Assembly: GCA_964572045.1 (NCBI GenBank)
Contig: CAZNEI010000009.1
Location: 49 to 64,048 of the forward strand
Direction of reading: 5' to 3'
DNA: 64,000 bases
Source: an uncultured Gemmatimonadaceae bacterium
GTDB taxonomy: Bacteria; Gemmatimonadota; Gemmatimonadetes; Longimicrobiales; Gaopeijiaceae
Shown: positions 18,683 through 29,374 of the stretch, piece by piece
How positions within the stretch are numbered: the first letter of the stretch is position 1
How the letters are laid out: each line of letters begins with the position of its first letter
Made by a program: the position numbers and the translations under genes
The notes under the pieces: model-generated
What the model was told of the DNA's origin: nothing
Seen by the model: the letters and a program-made list of their open reading frames with translations, nothing else
Databases searched by the model: none

Positions 18683-21600
18683 TCAACCCCCCGAGCCCAA
18701 GTAGGCGCGCACGGCGAGCGGAATCCGGCGGCGAATCAGCGCCTGCTCCACGCTGGGAGGCGGGCGATCCGGGCCTGATTCGAACGCGACCGCCTCACCC
18801 TTGACGAGTGCCGCGATCGGCACGCCGTCCTTGTACAGGACGCGGTTCCGGGCGAGAGCCGGCACGCGCTGGCCCGGGGTGATGATGCCCGTCAGGTTGA
18901 GCGGATCGGCAGCGCTGATCCCGATCAGTTCACCGGAGGGCTTCTGACGGCGAACGCTGCGAAGTTTGCCCACCGCCTCGGGCAGCGCGAACTGCTCTCC
19001 GGCGAAGCCTGACACGAAGCGGCCGCCCCGGATCTCGCTGCGCGCCTCTAGACGTCGGTAGGTCCGCAAGAGCTCCCGCCAGGGCACAGCCAGGGCCTCC
19101 CGCTCCAGGACGCGACGGAAGACGACGCCGTAGCGTCGCAGGAGCGCTCGCGCATGCGTTTCGAGGGCGATCCCTCGTCCATCGACGGCCGCGTGATCCT
19201 CGAGCGCCGATCCGGCCCCCGGAGCTCCGTGCGCCGCCGAATCCAAGCTCCCTGTCCGATGCCTGCTCGCCCCCGAGCGCCCCGGATCGAGCAGCCACCA
19301 ACGACCGGCCCTCTCGACGCCAAAGGGGGAGGTCGCACGACGTCGAAGCCTTCCGTCGCGCACCGGCCGGCGGCTGGATGGGGTCAGGAGCGCCCTCAGA
19401 CCGATGAACGCGTCGGACGTCGTGATGCCCAATGCCGTGAGCTCGCCGAGCGCCTCTTCAACCCGGCTCGGGAGCAGCCCGGTCGCCCGAGTCAGGTCGT
19501 CGAAGAAGGAGGGGCCACGCTCGGCGAGCGCGACGAACACGCTCACGGCGTGCTGGGACAGATCATGGTCCGGAGCCGGGCCCGCGAGAGTGCGCCAAGC
19601 CCGCCCATTCTCTCTCAGGAAGAGCGCGACTGGACTCGAACGCAGGGGGCCCTGGCTCCACCGTCCGGGTTGGTTCCCGCCGGGCGAGGAGAGCCTGCCC
19701 CAACCGATCCGGCCCGTCAGGCACAACATATCAAGGTCAGCCGCGTCGTACTGCTCGCAACGGGCCGGCAAGACATCCCCTTCCCACGCCGCCGCGGGCA
19801 GCTCGAAGCCGTCGAGGAGCCGCACGATCTCAGCGAGGCCTTCGGTGCCGCTCACGCGGGATTCCGGTGCGGCGCGCCCCCACGCGAAGAGAAAGCGCAT
19901 GTAGTCAGCTGCGCTCACGGGCTCGATCTCGGCGCGAAGGCGGTTCAGCGTATAGCGGTGGATCCGCGCCAGGAGGCGGCGATCGCACCACTCCCTCGCC
20001 GTAGCGTCCTCGGGTCCGCGTACGCCGGTGAAGGCCCCACGCAGGATTGTGCCTTCGCTCTCCAGTCCCAGGAGTCCGCGCTCCACCTGAGGGGCTCCGG
20101 TGCCCAGGGAGCGGGCGAGGTCGTCGGCGGTGACAGGCCCGAGGGTCTCGCACCGGGCGCGCAGGAGGCTGCGCAGAGCCTCGTCCGGCTCGGGGTCGGG
20201 CACGTCGAATCCGTCGGGGGGAGCCGGATCGACCTCGAGCCCCCGAAGGCAGGCCAAGAACTCGGGCACCCGCTCTACCGCCACCCAGAGCGCAGAACCG
20301 CCGCCGGTGTCGCCCCCGGGCCGTCCCGCCTCGGCGCCGTCTTCGGCCGACCTCCAGACGCGCACGGCCCGCCGGTCCGCCATCAGCCTCTCGAACCAGG
20401 TCCGCCAATCCGTCCCGCCCGCCTCCGCTTCCTCTGCCGTCAGGAATCCCGACGTTAGGAGCGCGTCGTGGAGCTCGTCGGCGTCTCGAGCGTCGGGGCG
20501 GGCTTCGTCTCGCACGCGCTCGATCGCGGCGGGGTCGAGTGCGCCGAGCTCGGCCACGGAGGTCGGCTCCAGCGCCCGACGCGTTCGAACGGCCTGAGTC
20601 CGACGCTCCTCCAGGGGCGCGGGATCGAGGAAGGCATACGGTTTGGCGTTGAGGATCTCGTGGGCCAGGGGAGATGGCTCGGGCGTATCGCGAGCGACGA
20701 GCCCCAACGCACCGGCGTGGATTCGGCTCAACAGAGCGACGAGGGCCTCTAGGTCGCACCACTCGTGGAGGCAGTCTCGGACGGATTGCCGCACGAGCGG
20801 GTGATCGGGGATCTCGCGGTCCCCCTCCACGTTTTCGAGGCAGGCAGCCGCCTCGGGGAATACCGCGGCCAGTAAGTCCTCGGCCTGCATCCGCTGGATC
20901 TGGGGTGGGACGTGACGGCCGCCCTGCCGGCGGAGCACGGCGAGCGAGAGGGTCGCGTTCCACCTCCAGCGGGTCTGGAAGACCGGCGCGTCGAGGAGCG
21001 CCTGCGTCAGCACGTCCTCGACGGAAGCGGGGTTGAGGTAGCGGAACACGTCGTCGAGCGGGAAGGAGTGCTGCGGTCCCAGGGACAGCAAGACGCAATC
21101 GTCGGTGGCCGCCGCTTGCAGCTCGAAGTTGAAGCTGCGGCAGAAGCGCTTCCGCAACGCAAGCCCCCACGCGCGGTTCACGCGGCTCCCGAATGGCGCA
21201 TGCAGCACGAGCTGCATGCCGCCCGCTTCGTCGAAGAAGCGCTCGAGCACAAGCGTCTCCTGGGTCGGGACGACGCCGAGAAGATGCCGTGTCTCGGCGA
21301 TGTACTCCACGAGCTGGCGTGCCGCGGCTTCCGACACCCCGCCGCATTCGCTCAGCCACCGCTCGGCGGCCTCGCGGTCCTCGAGCCTGTCTTCCAGGTC
21401 GCGGCGGAGCCGGGATACCGCCGCTGACAGCTCAGGGCTGCGCGCTGGCGCCTCACCTAACCAGAACGGGATATTCGGCGGCTCTCCGGCGGCGTCCGCC
21501 ACGCGTACGGTACCGCGCTCGATCCGCACGATCCGCCACGAGGCGTTGCCGAGCTGAAAGATATCCCCGGCCATGCTCTCGATCGCGAAGTCCTCGTTGA

Positions 21601-23158
21601 GCGATCCGAGGTAGGTCTCCGAAGGCTCCAGGAGGACGCGGTAGTCCGCGTTGTCGGGGATCGCGCCTCCGGACGTAATCGCCGAGATGCGCGCCGCGCG
21701 CCGCCCCCGGAGCCGACGATGGACGGCGTCACGATGAAGGTAGGCGCCGCGGCGTCCGCGCTGCGTGGCGTATCCGTGTGCGACCATCCTGACGACGTGG
21801 TCGAACGCCTCGCGCGCCAAGTCTCGGTAGGGGTGTGCGCGTCGGACGAGTGCGAACAGAAGGTCTTCAGCCCACTCCTCGCAGGCCACCTCGGCCACGA
21901 CCTGTTGCGCGAGCACGTCGAGAGGTGCCTCGATCGGCCCGATGCGGTCGAGCTCGCCCGCCCGCACGGCTCTCAGAACCGCAACCGACTCGACGAGCTC
22001 GTCGCGCGTCAGGGGAAAGACGCGGCCCTTCGGAGTTCCGTCTACCGTGTGTCCCGAGCGTCCCACCCGCTGCAGGAGCGTGGCGATGCGACGCACGGAG
22101 CCGATCTGGCAGACGAGGTCGACCGCGCCGATATCGATCCCCAACTCGAGCGACGCCGTAGCGACGAGCGCGCGGAGCCTTCCGTCCTTGAGACGACGCT
22201 CGGCGTCGAGGCGCGTTTCCTTCGAAAGGCTTCCATGATGAGCCGTCACCGCCTCCGCGCCGAGGCGCTCCTCGAGATCCCGGGCGACCCGCTCCGCCAG
22301 TCGCCTCGTGTTGACGAATACGAGCGTCGTGCGGTGCTGCTCCACGAGCGTGGTGAGTCGGTCATAGACCTCCCCCCAGACCTCATGCGACATCACCGCC
22401 TCAAGCGGAGAGCCGGGCAGTTCGATCGCCAGGTCGAGAGCCCTGAGGTGACCCTCGTCGACGATCGCGCAGTCGGGCGTTCCCCCACTGTCGACCCTGC
22501 CCGAACCGACAAGGAAGCGCGCCACGTCCCGGATCGGTCTCTGGGTGGCCGAGAGACCGATCCGGAGCAGCTCGCCCCCGGTCACGTGCTCAAGGCGCTC
22601 GAGGCTGAGCGCGAGGTGCGCACCACGCCGCGACTCGAGCACCGCGTGAATCTCGTCGACGATGACCGTGCGCACTGTGGCTAGGACTTCGCGGCTCCGC
22701 CGCGCCGTCAACAGCAGGTAGAGCGACTCGGGTGTCGTGACGAGGATGTGGGGCGGCCGGCGGAGCATCGCCTGCCGCTCCGAGGATGAGGTGTCTCCGG
22801 TGCGGATGGCTGCGGTGATCTTGACCGCAGACGATCCGAGGGCCGCAGCCTTCCGGCGAATCTCCCGTCTCGGTTCGGCAAGGTTGCGGTGTATATCCGC
22901 GGAGAGCGCCTTGAGGGGCGAGACGTAGAGCACACGGGTCTGGTCCGGGAGGCCGCCCCGCTCCTCACCCTCGCGGTACAGCTCGTCGACCGCGTTCAGA
23001 AACGCCGCAAGCGTCTTGCCCGACCCCGTCGGCGCGGCGATAAGCGTATTTTGGCCCGAGCGGATCGCCGCCCAGCCGCGTCGTTGCGCCGGCGTGGGCG
23101 CTTCGAAGCGGTCAGAGAACCAGCCGGCGACCGCCGGGTGGAAGCCCGGAATAGACAT
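18683..23158 (-). CDS. lhr: Lhr-like large ATP-dependent helicase (DEAD/DEAH superfamily 2)
   Basis: About 1490 aa. Walker [10 protein letters not shown], motif II DEIH, helicase C-terminal motifs, and a long Lhr-type C-terminal extension. ATG at 23156-23158. Confidence 0.9.
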   Translation of the reverse strand: MSIPGFHPAVAGWFSDRFEAPTPAQRRGWAAIRSGQNTLIAAPTGSGKTLAAFLNAVDELYREGEERGGLPDQTRVLYVSPLKALSADIHRNLAEPRREIRRKAAALGSSAVKITAAIRTGDTSSSERQAMLRRPPHILVTTPESLYLLLTARRSREVLATVRTVIVDEIHAVLESRRGAHLALSLERLEHVTGGELLRIGLSATQRPIRDVARFLVGSGRVDSGGTPDCAIVDEGHLRALDLAIELPGSPLEAVMSHEVWGEVYDRLTTLVEQHRTTLVFVNTRRLAERVARDLEERLGAEAVTAHHGSLSKETRLDAERRLKDGRLRALVATASLELGIDIGAVDLVCQIGSVRRIATLLQRVGRSGHTVDGTPKGRVFPLTRDELVESVAVLRAVRAGELDRIGPIEAPLDVLAQQVVAEVACEEWAEDLLFALVRRAHPYRDLAREAFDHVVRMVAHGYATQRGRRGAYLHRDAVHRRLRGRRAARISAITSGGAIPDNADYRVLLEPSETYLGSLNEDFAIESMAGDIFQLGNASWRIVRIERGTVRVADAAGEPPNIPFWLGEAPARSPELSAAVSRLRRDLEDRLEDREAAERWLSECGGVSEAAARQLVEYIAETRHLLGVVPTQETLVLERFFDEAGGMQLVLHAPFGSRVNRAWGLALRKRFCRSFNFELQAAATDDCVLLSLGPQHSFPLDDVFRYLNPASVEDVLTQALLDAPVFQTRWRWNATLSLAVLRRQGGRHVPPQIQRMQAEDLLAAVFPEAAACLENVEGDREIPDHPLVRQSVRDCLHEWCDLEALVALLSRIHAGALGLVARDTPEPSPLAHEILNAKPYAFLDPAPLEERRTQAVRTRRALEPTSVAELGALDPAAIERVRDEARPDARDADELHDALLTSGFLTAEEAEAGGTDWRTWFERLMADRRAVRVWRSAEDGAEAGRPGGDTGGGSALWVAVERVPEFLACLRGLEVDPAPPDGFDVPDPEPDEALRSLLRARCETLGPVTADDLARSLGTGAPQVERGLLGLESEGTILRGAFTGVRGPEDATAREWCDRRLLARIHRYTLNRLRAEIEPVSAADYMRFLFAWGRAAPESRVSGTEGLAEIVRLLDGFELPAAAWEGDVLPARCEQYDAADLDMLCLTGRIGWGRLSSPGGNQPGRWSQGPLRSSPVALFLRENGRAWRTLAGPAPDHDLSQHAVSVFVALAERGPSFFDDLTRATGLLPSRVEEALGELTALGITTSDAFIGLRALLTPSSRRPVRDGRLRRRATSPFGVERAGRWWLLDPGRSGASRHRTGSLDSAAHGAPGAGSALEDHAAVDGRGIALETHARALLRRYGVVFRRVLEREALAVPWRELLRTYRRLEARSEIRGGRFVSGFAGEQFALPEAVGKLRSVRRQKPSGELIGISAADPLNLTGIITPGQRVPALARNRVLYKDGVPIAALVKGEAVAFESGPDRPPPSVEQALIRRRIPLAVRAYLGSGG

Positions 23159-23318
23159 CACGGATGATTGTCCCTCGCCCAGGGCGCGAGGCTACGCCTT
23201 CCATCGGGGAATCTGTAGGATCACCCGGCTACTAGGGCTCCCATCCGCGACGTCTCGGTCGAGGCGAAGTCCCGCTCGAGTCTTGCGAGCCGGCCTCCAC
23301 GGCCGGCCCGCGACGAGT

Positions 23319-23960
23319 TCAGTCGCCCTGCGGGTTTGCCGCGCTGAAGTGGAGGTGCACGACCTTCCACTCGTCGTCGCGCATCATCAGCGTCGTCGAC
23401 ATCTGGTAATTCGCCGTTCGGATCGAACCGTCCTCTTCCCGGTAATCGGCGGTCAGGAGGTAGGAGACCACCGCCGCTTCCCCCGAAGGCAGCGCGTGCA
23501 CCTGAACGTCCGAGATCTCCGTCCCGGCCACCCCACCGGTCGCCGCAACGAACTCGGTCCAGGAATCGTTGTACGCGTCCCAGCTTCCGCGACCCCCGGG
23601 GCCCCACCAGGTCAGATCCATGGCATAATGCGCCATATAGGCTGCGACATCGTTCGCAAGGTAGGCGTCCGTGAGCGACTGGACGAAGTCTCGAGCCCCC
23701 TGCTCCACCGGGCTCCCTGACTCCTCCATCATCTCGTCGCCCGACTCCTCCATCATCTCGTCGCCCGACTCCGCAGCCTCCTGCATCATCTCGTCGCCCG
23801 ACTCCGGAGCCTCCTCCATCATCATCTCGTCGCCCGACTCCGGAGCTTCCTCCATCATGTCGCCCGACTCCGGAGCGTCCGCCACGCAGGCCGCCCCGAG
23901 AACGGCCGCTAGGATTGCGAAAGAACGTAGGTCTCTGCGATTCCTCCGTGAGCTGCGCAT
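23319..23960 (-). CDS. Lipoprotein with Met/Glu/Asp-rich tandem repeats and an NTF2-like (SnoaL/DUF4440-type) C-terminal domain
   Basis: ATG at 23958-23960 preceded by GGAGG. Lipobox-like AAVLGAAC. Repeats of (AP)ESGDEMM(EE). The C-terminal ~120 aa looks NTF2-like (by-eye call, no specific motif identified). Confidence 0.7.
   Translation of the reverse strand: MRSSRRNRRDLRSFAILAAVLGAACVADAPESGDMMEEAPESGDEMMMEEAPESGDEMMQEAAESGDEMMEESGDEMMEESGSPVEQGARDFVQSLTDAYLANDVAAYMAHYAMDLTWWGPGGRGSWDAYNDSWTEFVAATGGVAGTEISDVQVHALPSGEAAVVSYLLTADYREEDGSIRTANYQMSTTLMMRDDEWKVVHLHFSAANPQGD
23722..23880. repeat. In-frame tandem repeat (5 copies, period 24-36 nt) inside the lipoprotein gene
   Basis: catcatctcgtcgcccgactcc occurs at 23728, 23752, 23785 and 23821. 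A degenerate copy lies at 23854. Confidence 0.9.
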
Positions 23961-24029
23961 CGCCACCTCCTGTCTTCTACCGCTACGATTCAACCGCCCC
24001 GGGTCTCGGAGCGACTCCCCATCCTCTGG

Positions 24030-24446
24030 TCAGAACTTCTTGTGCGCCTTCCCTAGGTCGACAAGCGGGTGGTGCGGCGACATCTGAAACTTCAGCAACA
24101 GCTCGCGGGCGACCATGTCCCGCTCCTGTTGCGTGTCGGGAAGCTCCATGTCTTCCGGCACCGCGACCCAGCCGTTGATGTTGCGGTCGAACACGGCCGC
24201 GCGACCCTCCTCGTACCCCATATGCACATCTTCCAACCAGTTAAGGTCGCTCCAGCCCATGAGGTCGATGTACTTCTTCAGCAGGGGAGTCAGCAGAGAG
24301 TAGTCGGGCACCAGGTTGACGTCGTACCGGTAGCCGATGTGCTGGCCGATCTCGACCTCGCGCTCCGTCTCCAGCCCGCTCGACGTGAGGTAATAGTCGA
24401 CATCCGTCTCTTGGGACTCGTCCGTCCTGCGCGCCTCGTCACTCAC
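24030..24446 (-). CDS. Hypothetical protein, last gene of the GS/Glx operon-like run
   Basis: Ordinary globular composition (DYYLTSSGLETEREVEIGQHIGYRYDVNLVPDYSLL ... HHPLVDLGKAHKKF). GTG at 24444-24446 preceded by GGAGAG. An alternative TTG at 24536 lies 1 nt after the upstream stop. No family recognised. Confidence 0.6.
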   Translation of the reverse strand: MSDEARRTDESQETDVDYYLTSSGLETEREVEIGQHIGYRYDVNLVPDYSLLTPLLKKYIDLMGWSDLNWLEDVHMGYEEGRAAVFDRNINGWVAVPEDMELPDTQQERDMVARELLLKFQMSPHHPLVDLGKAHKKF

Positions 24447-24537
24447 GTTCTCTCCGCCCTCCCGAATCAGGATGTTCACTCCCAGTGACGCGGGCAAGGA
24501 AGCTGGGTCGGGCCTGTCCCTGTCCGCGCTCGGCAAT

Positions 24538-25884
24538 CTAGAATCGCGTCATCTCCGGCTGCCCGACCGTGTGACGAGTTCCGGCCAGAGGCACCTCGGC
24601 CATCGCCGAAGCCTCGTAGGTCAGCGCCGCAAGATCTTCGGGCTCGAGCGAGTGGACGTTCGTCTTTCCGCAGGCCCGGGCCATCATCTGGCACTCGATG
24701 GCAAGCGTATGGAGGAAATTATAGACCCGGACCGCCGCCTCGTCAGGGTCGAGCCGCTTGCGGAGCTCTGGATCCTGGGTGGCGACGCCGACCGGGCAGA
24801 GGCCGGTGTGGCAGTGATAGCACTGACCCGCCGGCACACCCACCGTCCCCTCGTAGTCAGCCTCCGGGATGTCGCGGTTGCAGTTGAGGGCCACCATCGC
24901 CGCCGTGCCGATCGCAATGGCGTCGGCACCCAAGGCGAGCGCCTTGGCCACGTCGGCCCCATTGCGGATGCCTCCAGCGTAGACGAGCGAGATCTCGCCG
25001 GTCTTTCCCACGTCGTCGAGTGCGTGCCTGGCCTGACGGATAGCGGCGATTCCCGGCACGCCGGTCTCTTCGGTGGCGAGATGGGGTCCGGCTCCGGTGG
25101 AGCCCTCCATGCCGTCCACGTAGATGCTGTCGGGCCCCGTCTTGGCGGCCATGCGAACGTCGTCGTAGACGCGCGCGGCACCCAGTTTCAACTGAATGGG
25201 GATCTCGCCGTTGGTCGCCTCACGGATCTCATCGATCTTGAGCGCCAGATCATCCGGCCCCAGCCAATCCGGGTGACGGGCCGGCGAGCGTTGATCGATC
25301 CCCGCGGGGAGGCTGCGCATCTCGGCCACCTGGTCGGTGACCTTCTGGCCCATCAGGTGCCCGCCGAGACCGACCTTGCACCCCTGCCCGATGAAGAACT
25401 CGCACGCATCGGCCACGCGCAGGTGATGCGGGTTGAATCCGTAGCGGGACTGGATGCACTGGTAGAGCCACTTCGACGAGTACCTGCGCTCGTCGGGGAG
25501 CATGCCGCCCTCCCCCGAACACGTCGCGGTGCCCGCCATCGTGGCGCCGCGCGCCAGCGCGACCTTCGCTTCGTAGGACAGGGCGCCGAAGCTCATCCCG
25601 GTGATGTAGATCGGAATGTCCAGCACGAGAGGGCGCTTCGCCTTCGGTCCGAGCACGGTTTCCGTGATGCACTTCTCGCGGTATCCCTCGATCACGAACC
25701 GGGTCAGCGTGCCGGGGAGGAAGGTGAGGTCGTCCCATGTCGGGATCCTCTTGAAGAGGGCCATCCCGCGCATCCGGTATCGGCCAAGGTCCGACTTGAT
25801 GTGGATGTCATCGATGACATCGGGCGGGAACAGGTAGTTCTGCCCCAGCGTGTCCTTGCTGCGCTTGCCGTTGTCGTCCGTCAC
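24538..25884 (-). CDS. FMN-binding glutamate-synthase-family protein (GltB domain 3; GlxD/MgsC-like)
   Basis: 448 aa. CSGEGG, TIM-barrel FMN region, GGIRNGADVAKALALGADA and a Cys-rich CYHCHTGLCPVG cluster. GTG start overlaps the upstream stop (GTGA at 25881-25884). Confidence 0.9.
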   Translation of the reverse strand: MTDDNGKRSKDTLGQNYLFPPDVIDDIHIKSDLGRYRMRGMALFKRIPTWDDLTFLPGTLTRFVIEGYREKCITETVLGPKAKRPLVLDIPIYITGMSFGALSYEAKVALARGATMAGTATCSGEGGMLPDERRYSSKWLYQCIQSRYGFNPHHLRVADACEFFIGQGCKVGLGGHLMGQKVTDQVAEMRSLPAGIDQRSPARHPDWLGPDDLALKIDEIREATNGEIPIQLKLGAARVYDDVRMAAKTGPDSIYVDGMEGSTGAGPHLATEETGVPGIAAIRQARHALDDVGKTGEISLVYAGGIRNGADVAKALALGADAIAIGTAAMVALNCNRDIPEADYEGTVGVPAGQCYHCHTGLCPVGVATQDPELRKRLDPDEAAVRVYNFLHTLAIECQMMARACGKTNVHSLEPEDLAALTYEASAMAEVPLAGTRHTVGQPEMTRF

Positions 25885-26717
25885 AGCACGATCTTCTTTT
25901 CAGTGGGTTCGAGGTTGTCGTAGTTCCAGAGCTGCTTGCCGGCAACGATCTTCTGGAGGTTCTCCGCGCCCTTGGGGGCCTCGAGGCCGTAGAGCGCGAG
26001 CTTGCGCTTCAGCCACGCGGCCTCGAAGTCGGTCATCTCTCCTCGCACGGCGTCGATGCCGAGCGAGGCGATCTCCCCTCCGACGTAGATCGTCCCGTCG
26101 TACATGGAGTCGCCGAGGTTCTCATCCGCGTCTCCGAGAACGATCATGCGGCCCCGCTGCATCATGAACGCCGACAGCATGCCGGTGCGCCCACCCACGA
26201 TGATCGTGCCGCCCTTCTGGTTGATCCCGGTTCGCGCTCCCACGTCTCCCAGGCAGACGAGGTCGCCCCCGCGGAGCGCCGCGCCGAACGACGAGCCCGC
26301 GTTCTTCTCCACCACGACCGTGCCCGCCATCATGTTCTCGGCGCAAGACCAGCCCACGCGCCCGGTAATCCTTACGTTCGGGCCGTCGAGCAGGCCGACG
26401 CCAAAGTACCCGAGCGAGCCGCGGAACTCGAGCTGCAGCCGATTGAGGATCCCCACTCCGAGGGCGTGTTTGGCTCCCGGGTTGCGGACGATGATGTGCC
26501 CGTATCCCTCCTCCATCAGCTCGCGAATGCAAAGGTTGACGGCGCTCGTGTCCAGGTCCGCCGCGTCGATCTCGGCGGTGCGATCGATGTCGACGTCGAC
26601 ACTGTCCGGATAGACCAGATTCTCCGCTTCCTCGGCGCGGAAGAAGGTCTGGTAGGAACGTCCAAGGAGCTTCTCGGCGTGCACGCCGGTCAGATCGACT
26701 CTCGCTTGTTCCCCCAA
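25881..26717 (-). CDS. GXGXG-motif protein (glutamate synthase alpha-subunit C-terminal domain; GlxC/MgsB-like)
   Basis: 278 aa. Repeated beta-helix G-x-G-x-G segments (GSLGYFGVG, GDVGARTG, IIVGGRTG). TTG start, exact start uncertain. Confidence 0.85.
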   Translation of the reverse strand: MGEQARVDLTGVHAEKLLGRSYQTFFRAEEAENLVYPDSVDVDIDRTAEIDAADLDTSAVNLCIRELMEEGYGHIIVRNPGAKHALGVGILNRLQLEFRGSLGYFGVGLLDGPNVRITGRVGWSCAENMMAGTVVVEKNAGSSFGAALRGGDLVCLGDVGARTGINQKGGTIIVGGRTGMLSAFMMQRGRMIVLGDADENLGDSMYDGTIYVGGEIASLGIDAVRGEMTDFEAAWLKRKLALYGLEAPKGAENLQKIVAGKQLWNYDNLEPTEKKIVL

Positions 26718-26804
26718 CGTCTCCCCTCCTATTCGCTTCGGCTGTTCTCTTGCATCGGTCTCTCGTCCCCGTGCTCGCCCGGGGAGTCCCGCCCTTCGGG
26801 ATTG

Positions 26805-27755
26805 CTACTGCGTGCTCCACACACGCACGTCTCCAGCGTAGGGGTCGAAGGTGTCGATCTCCTCGCGGAAGACGGTCCGAATCGCGACCTCTTCGGATGC
26901 CATCGCGATGCAGTTGTCGCCTTCGTACAGCACCATCGGCTTCGCGGCCATCGTGTCCTTGGCCATCCCCAGGGAGTCGTGGGTGGCAACGAGGTAGCTG
27001 AACACGCCGTCAAGCTCGTCGATCGACTGGTGCATCGCCTCTTCCAACGACTTTCCCCCCTCGGTCAGCTCGGCGATGTATACGGCGATGAGTTCGGAGT
27101 CGCAGTCGGAGAGGAAGCGGTGGCCGCTGCGCTCCAGCTCCCGGCGCCGGGTCCAATAGTTGGTGAGCTGGCCGTTGTGCACGACGGAGACGTCACTCGA
27201 CGGGTAGGCCCAGTAGGGATGGGCGGAGCGGATGTCGACGTCCGATTCCGTCGCCATGCGCGTGTGGCCGATGCTGTGCGTGCCGACGAAGTCGGTCACT
27301 TCGTATTGATTGCTCACGTCGGTGGCATCGCCCAGGTCCTTGATGAGCTCGAGAGCCCGGCCCATCGACAGCACTTCCGTACTCTCGACGTCCTCCATGT
27401 AGTCGGCCAATCGTGCGAGGCTGTCGAGCTTGGGCGAGAAGCGGATACGATAGCGGAAAGCGTATTCCGTCGGCGCCTCCGCCAGGAGGATCGTACCGCC
27501 CATCGACTCAATGCGCTTGTCTACCTCGGCTCGGCGCGCCTTGATGTGCTCGTGGATCTCAACCCCCGACGAGTCGAGATCCTCACGCTCCGCAACCTTG
27601 AAGCGTACGACCAGCTCTTCGGCCACGGGCACTCCGTAGAAGGCGAAGCCGGTGGAGTCGGGGCCCCGATGCTTCATGGCCTGGAGCATGGAGGTCATCT
27701 CTCCTCCGACGTTGCCCCTCTCCCCGCGGTGAATGATGCCGGCGATTCCACACAT
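26805..27755 (-). CDS. Class II (Ntn) glutamine amidotransferase (GlxB/MgsA-like)
   Basis: N-terminus MCGIAGII with the catalytic Cys2, then HRGPDSTG and HTRMAT motifs. Confidence 0.9.
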   Translation of the reverse strand: MCGIAGIIHRGERGNVGGEMTSMLQAMKHRGPDSTGFAFYGVPVAEELVVRFKVAEREDLDSSGVEIHEHIKARRAEVDKRIESMGGTILLAEAPTEYAFRYRIRFSPKLDSLARLADYMEDVESTEVLSMGRALELIKDLGDATDVSNQYEVTDFVGTHSIGHTRMATESDVDIRSAHPYWAYPSSDVSVVHNGQLTNYWTRRRELERSGHRFLSDCDSELIAVYIAELTEGGKSLEEAMHQSIDELDGVFSYLVATHDSLGMAKDTMAAKPMVLYEGDNCIAMASEEVAIRTVFREEIDTFDPYAGDVRVWSTQ

Positions 27756-27782
27756 CGTCTTTATCCCGGTTCTCTTGCCCGG

Positions 27783-29246
27783 CTACGGCAGGCAGTCCAT
27801 GTAGGTCTCGACATCCCAGTCGGTCGTCTGAGCCAGGAACCTCTCCCACTCGTCGCTCTTGTAGTGCATGAAGACCCGGTACATCTCATCGGGCAGCGCC
27901 GACCGGACGACCTCGTCCGCGGCCAGCTCCTGCAAGGCCGACCCGAGCGACAGGGGCAGCTTGACCACGTCCTTGCCCTCTGCGATCGCCTCGTAGATGT
28001 TGCGATCCTCCGGGGGCCCCGGATCGGCCTCGGTGCGGATGCCGTCGTCGAAAGCCTTCAGAATCCCGGCCGCCATCAGGTAGGGGTTGACCATCGAATC
28101 GACGGCCCGGTACTCGAAACGGTCGGGCGAGGAAACCCGCAGTCCGCATGTCCGGTTCTGGAAGCCCCAGTCGGCGTAGACGGGGGCCCAAAAGCCCACC
28201 TCGTAGAGGCGGCGGTACGAATTCACCGTTGAGCACCCGATCGCCGTCAGAGCCGGCAGGTGCCCCTTCAGCCCTCCCAGGCAGTGCCGTCCCAGCTTCG
28301 ACGGGATCCGCTCGCCCGGCTCGGGCAGGAACACGTTTTCGCCGCCCTCACGGTAGCTGAAGTTGTCCTCCATGCCGGGCAGCCGATCCTGACCGAGCCT
28401 CTTTACCACGCTGTCGCCGCCGCTCCACAACGAGACGTTGTGATGGCATCCCGATCCGGACACGCCCATGAACGGCTTCGACATGAAGCAGGCGATCATG
28501 TTGTGCTCGCGCGCGACCTCGGCGCAGATCTGCCGGTAGGTGGTCAAGCGATCACAGGTCTTGAGCGCGTCGTCGAAGGTGAAGTTGAGCTCGAGCTGAC
28601 CGGGAGCGTCCTCGTGGTCTCCCTGGATGATGTCGAGCCCCATGGCGCGACCGTACTCGGTGACCCTCAGCACGACCGGACGCAGCGTTTCGAACTGGTC
28701 GATGTGGTAGCAGTAGGGTCGCGTGGCGCCCCCGTCCGGGCCCCCATCCGTCCCCTTCTTCAGCCACATCATCTCGGGCTCGGTGCCGTGGCGCATCTCC
28801 AGCCCATGGTCCGCCGTGAATTGCTCGTGAATGCGGCGAAGGTTGCCCCGGCAGTCGGACGTGAGGAAACCCCCCGGGTTCTCCAGCTCCTCCCGGTTCC
28901 GGAAGCAGGTGCAGAACACGCGGCCGACGCGTGTGTCCCAGGGAAGCTGCACGAACGTCTCGGGGTCGGGAATCCCGACGAGCTCCGACGCCTCCGGCCC
29001 GTATCCGATGTAGTTGTCGTGCCGATCGGTGAAGAGGTTCGCGGTGGAGCCGTAGACCAACTGAAAGCCCTTTTCCGCGAACTTCTCCCAGTGGTCGGCT
29101 GGGGCACCCTTGCCGACGATGCGGCCGGTGACTGAGACGAACTGATAGTAGATGTACTCGATGCCGAGCGCCTCGATCTGCTTGCGAACCTCCTTGACCA
29201 GCTCTGCGCGGCCGTCGGCATTCACATGGGCTTCTAGATCGGTCAT
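27783..29246 (-). CDS. Glutamine synthetase family protein (GlnT/GmaS-like gamma-glutamyl ligase)
   Basis: 487 aa. GS N-terminal beta-grasp (IEYIYYQFVSVTGRIVGK) and catalytic-domain motifs (HGTEPEMMW, CHHNVSLW, NSYRRL). Confidence 0.9.
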   Translation of the reverse strand: MTDLEAHVNADGRAELVKEVRKQIEALGIEYIYYQFVSVTGRIVGKGAPADHWEKFAEKGFQLVYGSTANLFTDRHDNYIGYGPEASELVGIPDPETFVQLPWDTRVGRVFCTCFRNREELENPGGFLTSDCRGNLRRIHEQFTADHGLEMRHGTEPEMMWLKKGTDGGPDGGATRPYCYHIDQFETLRPVVLRVTEYGRAMGLDIIQGDHEDAPGQLELNFTFDDALKTCDRLTTYRQICAEVAREHNMIACFMSKPFMGVSGSGCHHNVSLWSGGDSVVKRLGQDRLPGMEDNFSYREGGENVFLPEPGERIPSKLGRHCLGGLKGHLPALTAIGCSTVNSYRRLYEVGFWAPVYADWGFQNRTCGLRVSSPDRFEYRAVDSMVNPYLMAAGILKAFDDGIRTEADPGPPEDRNIYEAIAEGKDVVKLPLSLGSALQELAADEVVRSALPDEMYRVFMHYKSDEWERFLAQTTDWDVETYMDCLP

Positions 29247-29358
29247 GTTTCCCTTTCAGTGTGCCCCCGTGCCCGTCGCGGCCGTCGCACCCGGCTGGAT
29301 GGGCGCGATCCCGGGCGTCCTTGACGAGGGGCGGTGATCACATCCGCTTGAGGTTGTC

Positions 29359-29374
29359 GGTCCAATGTAGGACC
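29359..29374. promoter_or_regulatory. Inverted repeat GGTCC-N6-GGACC in an AT-richer patch upstream of the GS-like gene (candidate operator)
   Basis: Perfect 5+5 inverted repeat, 113-128 nt upstream of the ATG at 29246 and downstream of the FadR-type regulator gene. Function is inferred only. Confidence 0.25.

Noticed and set aside
23722-23880. Possible CRISPR-like or minisatellite array
   Set aside because: The repeats are contiguous, without unique spacers. They are in frame with the lipoprotein gene and translate to a coherent peptide repeat.
29247-29340. Sigma54-type promoter (GGCAC...) upstream of the GS-like gene
   Set aside because: Only a GGCAC-like element is present (GGGCACGGGGGCACAC). 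The TTGC(A/T) element at the required spacing is absent.
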